A stretch of DNA of 64,000 nt from Candidatus Liberimonas magnetica (lineage in GTDB: Bacteria > Elusimicrobiota > Endomicrobiia > Endomicrobiales > JAFGIL01): assembly GCA_020523885.1 (NCBI GenBank), contig JAJAPY010000019.1:586-64585 (forward strand), given 5' to 3'. Under the pieces are notes generated by a model. The model searched no databases. It was not told the DNA's origin and saw only the letters and a list, made by a program, of their open reading frames with translations. Positions 62,029 to 64,000 of the stretch are shown one piece after another (the stretch's first letter is position 1; every line of letters begins with the position of its first letter). A program made the position numbers and the translations under genes.

Positions 62029-63411
62029 ATGAAAAAACATCTGTTATCAGCTTTATTTTTTTGTCATTACTTGACATTTTTAAGTTCCGGACTTGTCTTT
62101 TCAGAACCGGTGGATGGTAATGCAGTAAAAGTAAATCCTGAAACAGAATATATCAAAAAAGGTAATGCTTTACATGGTCAGTACAGGTTTAATGAAGCCG
62201 AACAGATGTACAAAAAGGCATTGGAAATAAACCCTAAAAATGATGGGGTATATGTTAGATTAGGCAGAGTTTACCAGGGTATAGGTCAAGATAAAAAGAT
62301 GTATGAAAAAGCTAAAGAGATGCATAAAAAGGCATTGGAAATAAACCCTGATAATGATGGAGCATACAGAAGCTTAGCTGATATTTATCAACATCTGGGC
62401 AAGGCAAAAGAAGCCGAAGAGATGTACAAAAAGGCGTTAGAGATAAACCCGAAGAATAGTGATGCCTATACAGGTTTAGGCTGCTTTAACCTGGATCTTG
62501 GCAGGATAAAAGAAGCTGAAGAGATGTGCAAGAAAGCCTTGGAGATAAACCCAAATAATGCACGTGCATATATGAGTTTGGGCAATGTTTACTGGGAGCT
62601 TGGCAATACGAAAGAAGCCGAAGTGATGTATAAAAAGATGTTGGAGACAAACCCGAACAGTGAATGGTCATACAATACCTTAGGAAAGATTTATAACTCT
62701 CAGGGTAAGATGAAAGAAGCCGAAGAGATGTGCAAGAAAGCCTTGGAGATAAATCCGAAGAGTGAAAACATATGCAAAACTTTAATCAATATTTACTGGT
62801 CTCAGGGCAAAGCGAAAGAAGCCGAAGAGATGTGCAAAAAGGCATTGGAAATAAATCCTAAGAATGATGAGGTATATGTTAGATTAGGCAGAGTTTACCA
62901 GGGTATAGGTCAAGATAAAAAGATGTATGAAAAAGCTAAAGAGATGCATAAAAAGGCATTGGAAATAAACCCTAACAATGAAAGTGCATATAAAAATCTG
63001 GGTAATATTTACCGCTCTCAAGGCAAGGCAAAAGAAGCCGAAGAGATGTACAAGAAGGCATTGAAGATAGATCCTAAGAATGAAGATGCCTGCGTTGGTT
63101 TAAGCAATATTTACCGCTGTCAGGGTAAGATGAAAGAAGCCGAAGAGATGTGCAAGAAAGCCTTGGAGATAAACCCGGACAGTGAATGGTCATACAATAC
63201 TTTAGGAAATATTTATCACTCTCAGAGTAAGATGAAAGAAGCCGAAGAGATGCACAAAAAGGTCTTGGAGATAAACCCTGAGAATGAAAGCGCATACAGG
63301 GATTTAGGCGATGTTTACCAGGCGTTGGGCAAGGCAAAAGAAGCCGAAGAGATGTACAAGAAAGCTGATTATTATGGTTCGAGCAGGAATAGCAAAAAGA
63401 GGATAAAATGA
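62029..63411 (+). CDS. secreted TPR-repeat protein
   Basis: Signal peptide, then about 12 TPR units with consensus KEAEEMYKKALEINPKN. Confidence 0.8.
   Translation: MKKHLLSALFFCHYLTFLSSGLVFSEPVDGNAVKVNPETEYIKKGNALHGQYRFNEAEQMYKKALEINPKNDGVYVRLGRVYQGIGQDKKMYEKAKEMHKKALEINPDNDGAYRSLADIYQHLGKAKEAEEMYKKALEINPKNSDAYTGLGCFNLDLGRIKEAEEMCKKALEINPNNARAYMSLGNVYWELGNTKEAEVMYKKMLETNPNSEWSYNTLGKIYNSQGKMKEAEEMCKKALEINPKSENICKTLINIYWSQGKAKEAEEMCKKALEINPKNDEVYVRLGRVYQGIGQDKKMYEKAKEMHKKALEINPNNESAYKNLGNIYRSQGKAKEAEEMYKKALKIDPKNEDACVGLSNIYRCQGKMKEAEEMCKKALEINPDSEWSYNTLGNIYHSQSKMKEAEEMHKKVLEINPENESAYRDLGDVYQALGKAKEAEEMYKKADYYGSSRNSKKRIK
62247..62349 (+). repeat. 103-bp perfect internal duplication, copy 1
   Basis: Identical base for base to 62871-62973 (compared by hand). 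Confidence 0.85.
62871..62973 (+). repeat. 103-bp perfect internal duplication, copy 2
   Basis: Identical to 62247-62349, offset 624 bp, in frame. Confidence 0.85.
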
Positions 63412-63542
63412 TATAAAAAAGATGTGCATTGCATGACACAAGTATATAACGTTAAGGAAAAATAAAATACACAACTTTTATTTATAGATAAAGATTAACC
63501 AACCACATTAATTTAATACGGCTTTTGTTTTTAGAGACTATA

Positions 63543-64000
63543 ATGAAAAGATATCTACTGCCAACCCTATTTTCTTGTTTTTGTATGATATTTTTATATT
63601 CCGGACTAGTCTTTTGTGAACTAACAGTCGAAGTCGACGGAAAAGCAGATGTTGAAATGGAGTATATCCAAAAAGGCAATGATCTATACCTTCAGGGCAA
63701 ATATAAAGAAGCTGAAGAAATGTATAAGAGAGCATTGGAAATAAACCCTAAAAATGACAAGACATTCGTTAACTTAGGCCATGTTTACCAGGAGTTAGGC
63801 CAGGACAAAAAGATGTATAGAAAAGCTGAAGAGATGCAAAATGAAGCATTAGAGATTAATCCGAAGAATGATGATGCATACAGTACCTTAGGTAGTATTT
63901 ACCAGGCGTTGGGCAAGGCAAAAGAAGCCGATGAGATGTGCAGAAAAGCATTAGAAATAAACCCGAAGAATACAAGGGCATTATATATTTTAGGTAATGC
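63543..64000 (+). CDS. second secreted TPR-repeat protein (3' end outside window)
   Basis: ATG 63543 gives MKRYLLPTLFSCFCMIFLYSGLVFC signal, then the same TPR consensus. The frame stays open to the window end, so it is absent from the ORF track. Confidence 0.7.
   Translation, partial: MKRYLLPTLFSCFCMIFLYSGLVFCELTVEVDGKADVEMEYIQKGNDLYLQGKYKEAEEMYKRALEINPKNDKTFVNLGHVYQELGQDKKMYRKAEEMQNEALEINPKNDDAYSTLGSIYQALGKAKEADEMCRKALEINPKNTRALYILGN

Noticed and set aside
48448-63411. Periodic nucleotide repeats (NHL gene, TPR genes) as CRISPR-like arrays
   Set aside because: The periodicity is in frame and coding (171-nt NHL units, 102-nt TPR units). There is no repeat/unique-spacer alternation, and no cas genes are present.
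1-64000. Search by eye for tRNA, rRNA, tmRNA, riboswitch (TPP, cobalamin) and transposase or integrase signatures
   Set aside because: I found no cloverleaf-like segments, rRNA-like conserved blocks, riboswitch core motifs or recombinase ORFs. A covariance-model scan (tRNAscan-SE, Infernal) is still needed to confirm their absence.

Overview
Low-GC, TPR-rich chromosomal segment from an unidentified diderm bacterium (TolC-type, MacAB and beta-barrel outer-membrane genes are present); I cannot place it taxonomically from the sequence. All calls rest on reading the sequence and recognising motifs; no database search was run. No tRNA, rRNA, CRISPR array, transposase or integrase was found. Core content: a biotin cluster (bioB, FabG-like, FabF-like, GT39/TPR membrane protein, bioF, bioD, bioA), pgi, proB, rplU-rpmA-obg, a UvrD-type helicase fused to an Fe-S PD-(D/E)XK nuclease, motA-motB-flbD, ppdK, an ECF sigma/anti-sigma/LTxxQ/TolC/MacAB operon, a 1167-aa NHL-repeat protein, two alkaline-phosphatase-superfamily enzymes, and a NitT/TauT-type ABC importer joined to a B12-radical-SAM enzyme and a methyltransferase. 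Points worth follow-up: (1) an AT-rich island with an NB-ARC STAND NTPase whose roughly 330-aa N-terminal domain I cannot assign, followed by a wHTH-nucleotidyltransferase/HEPN pair, with one palindromic motif upstream of both units; (2) four head-to-tail paralogs in which an SGNH-like esterase fold is interrupted by a TPR array of variable length; (3) a decayed Fic plus XRE cassette inside the biotin operon, bracketed by 45-bp direct repeats; (4) five short sequence modules shared between the Fic locus and the STAND/HEPN locus 25 kb away; (5) long imperfect hairpins built from short repeated words in intra-operon spacers. Functional readings of these are hypotheses.
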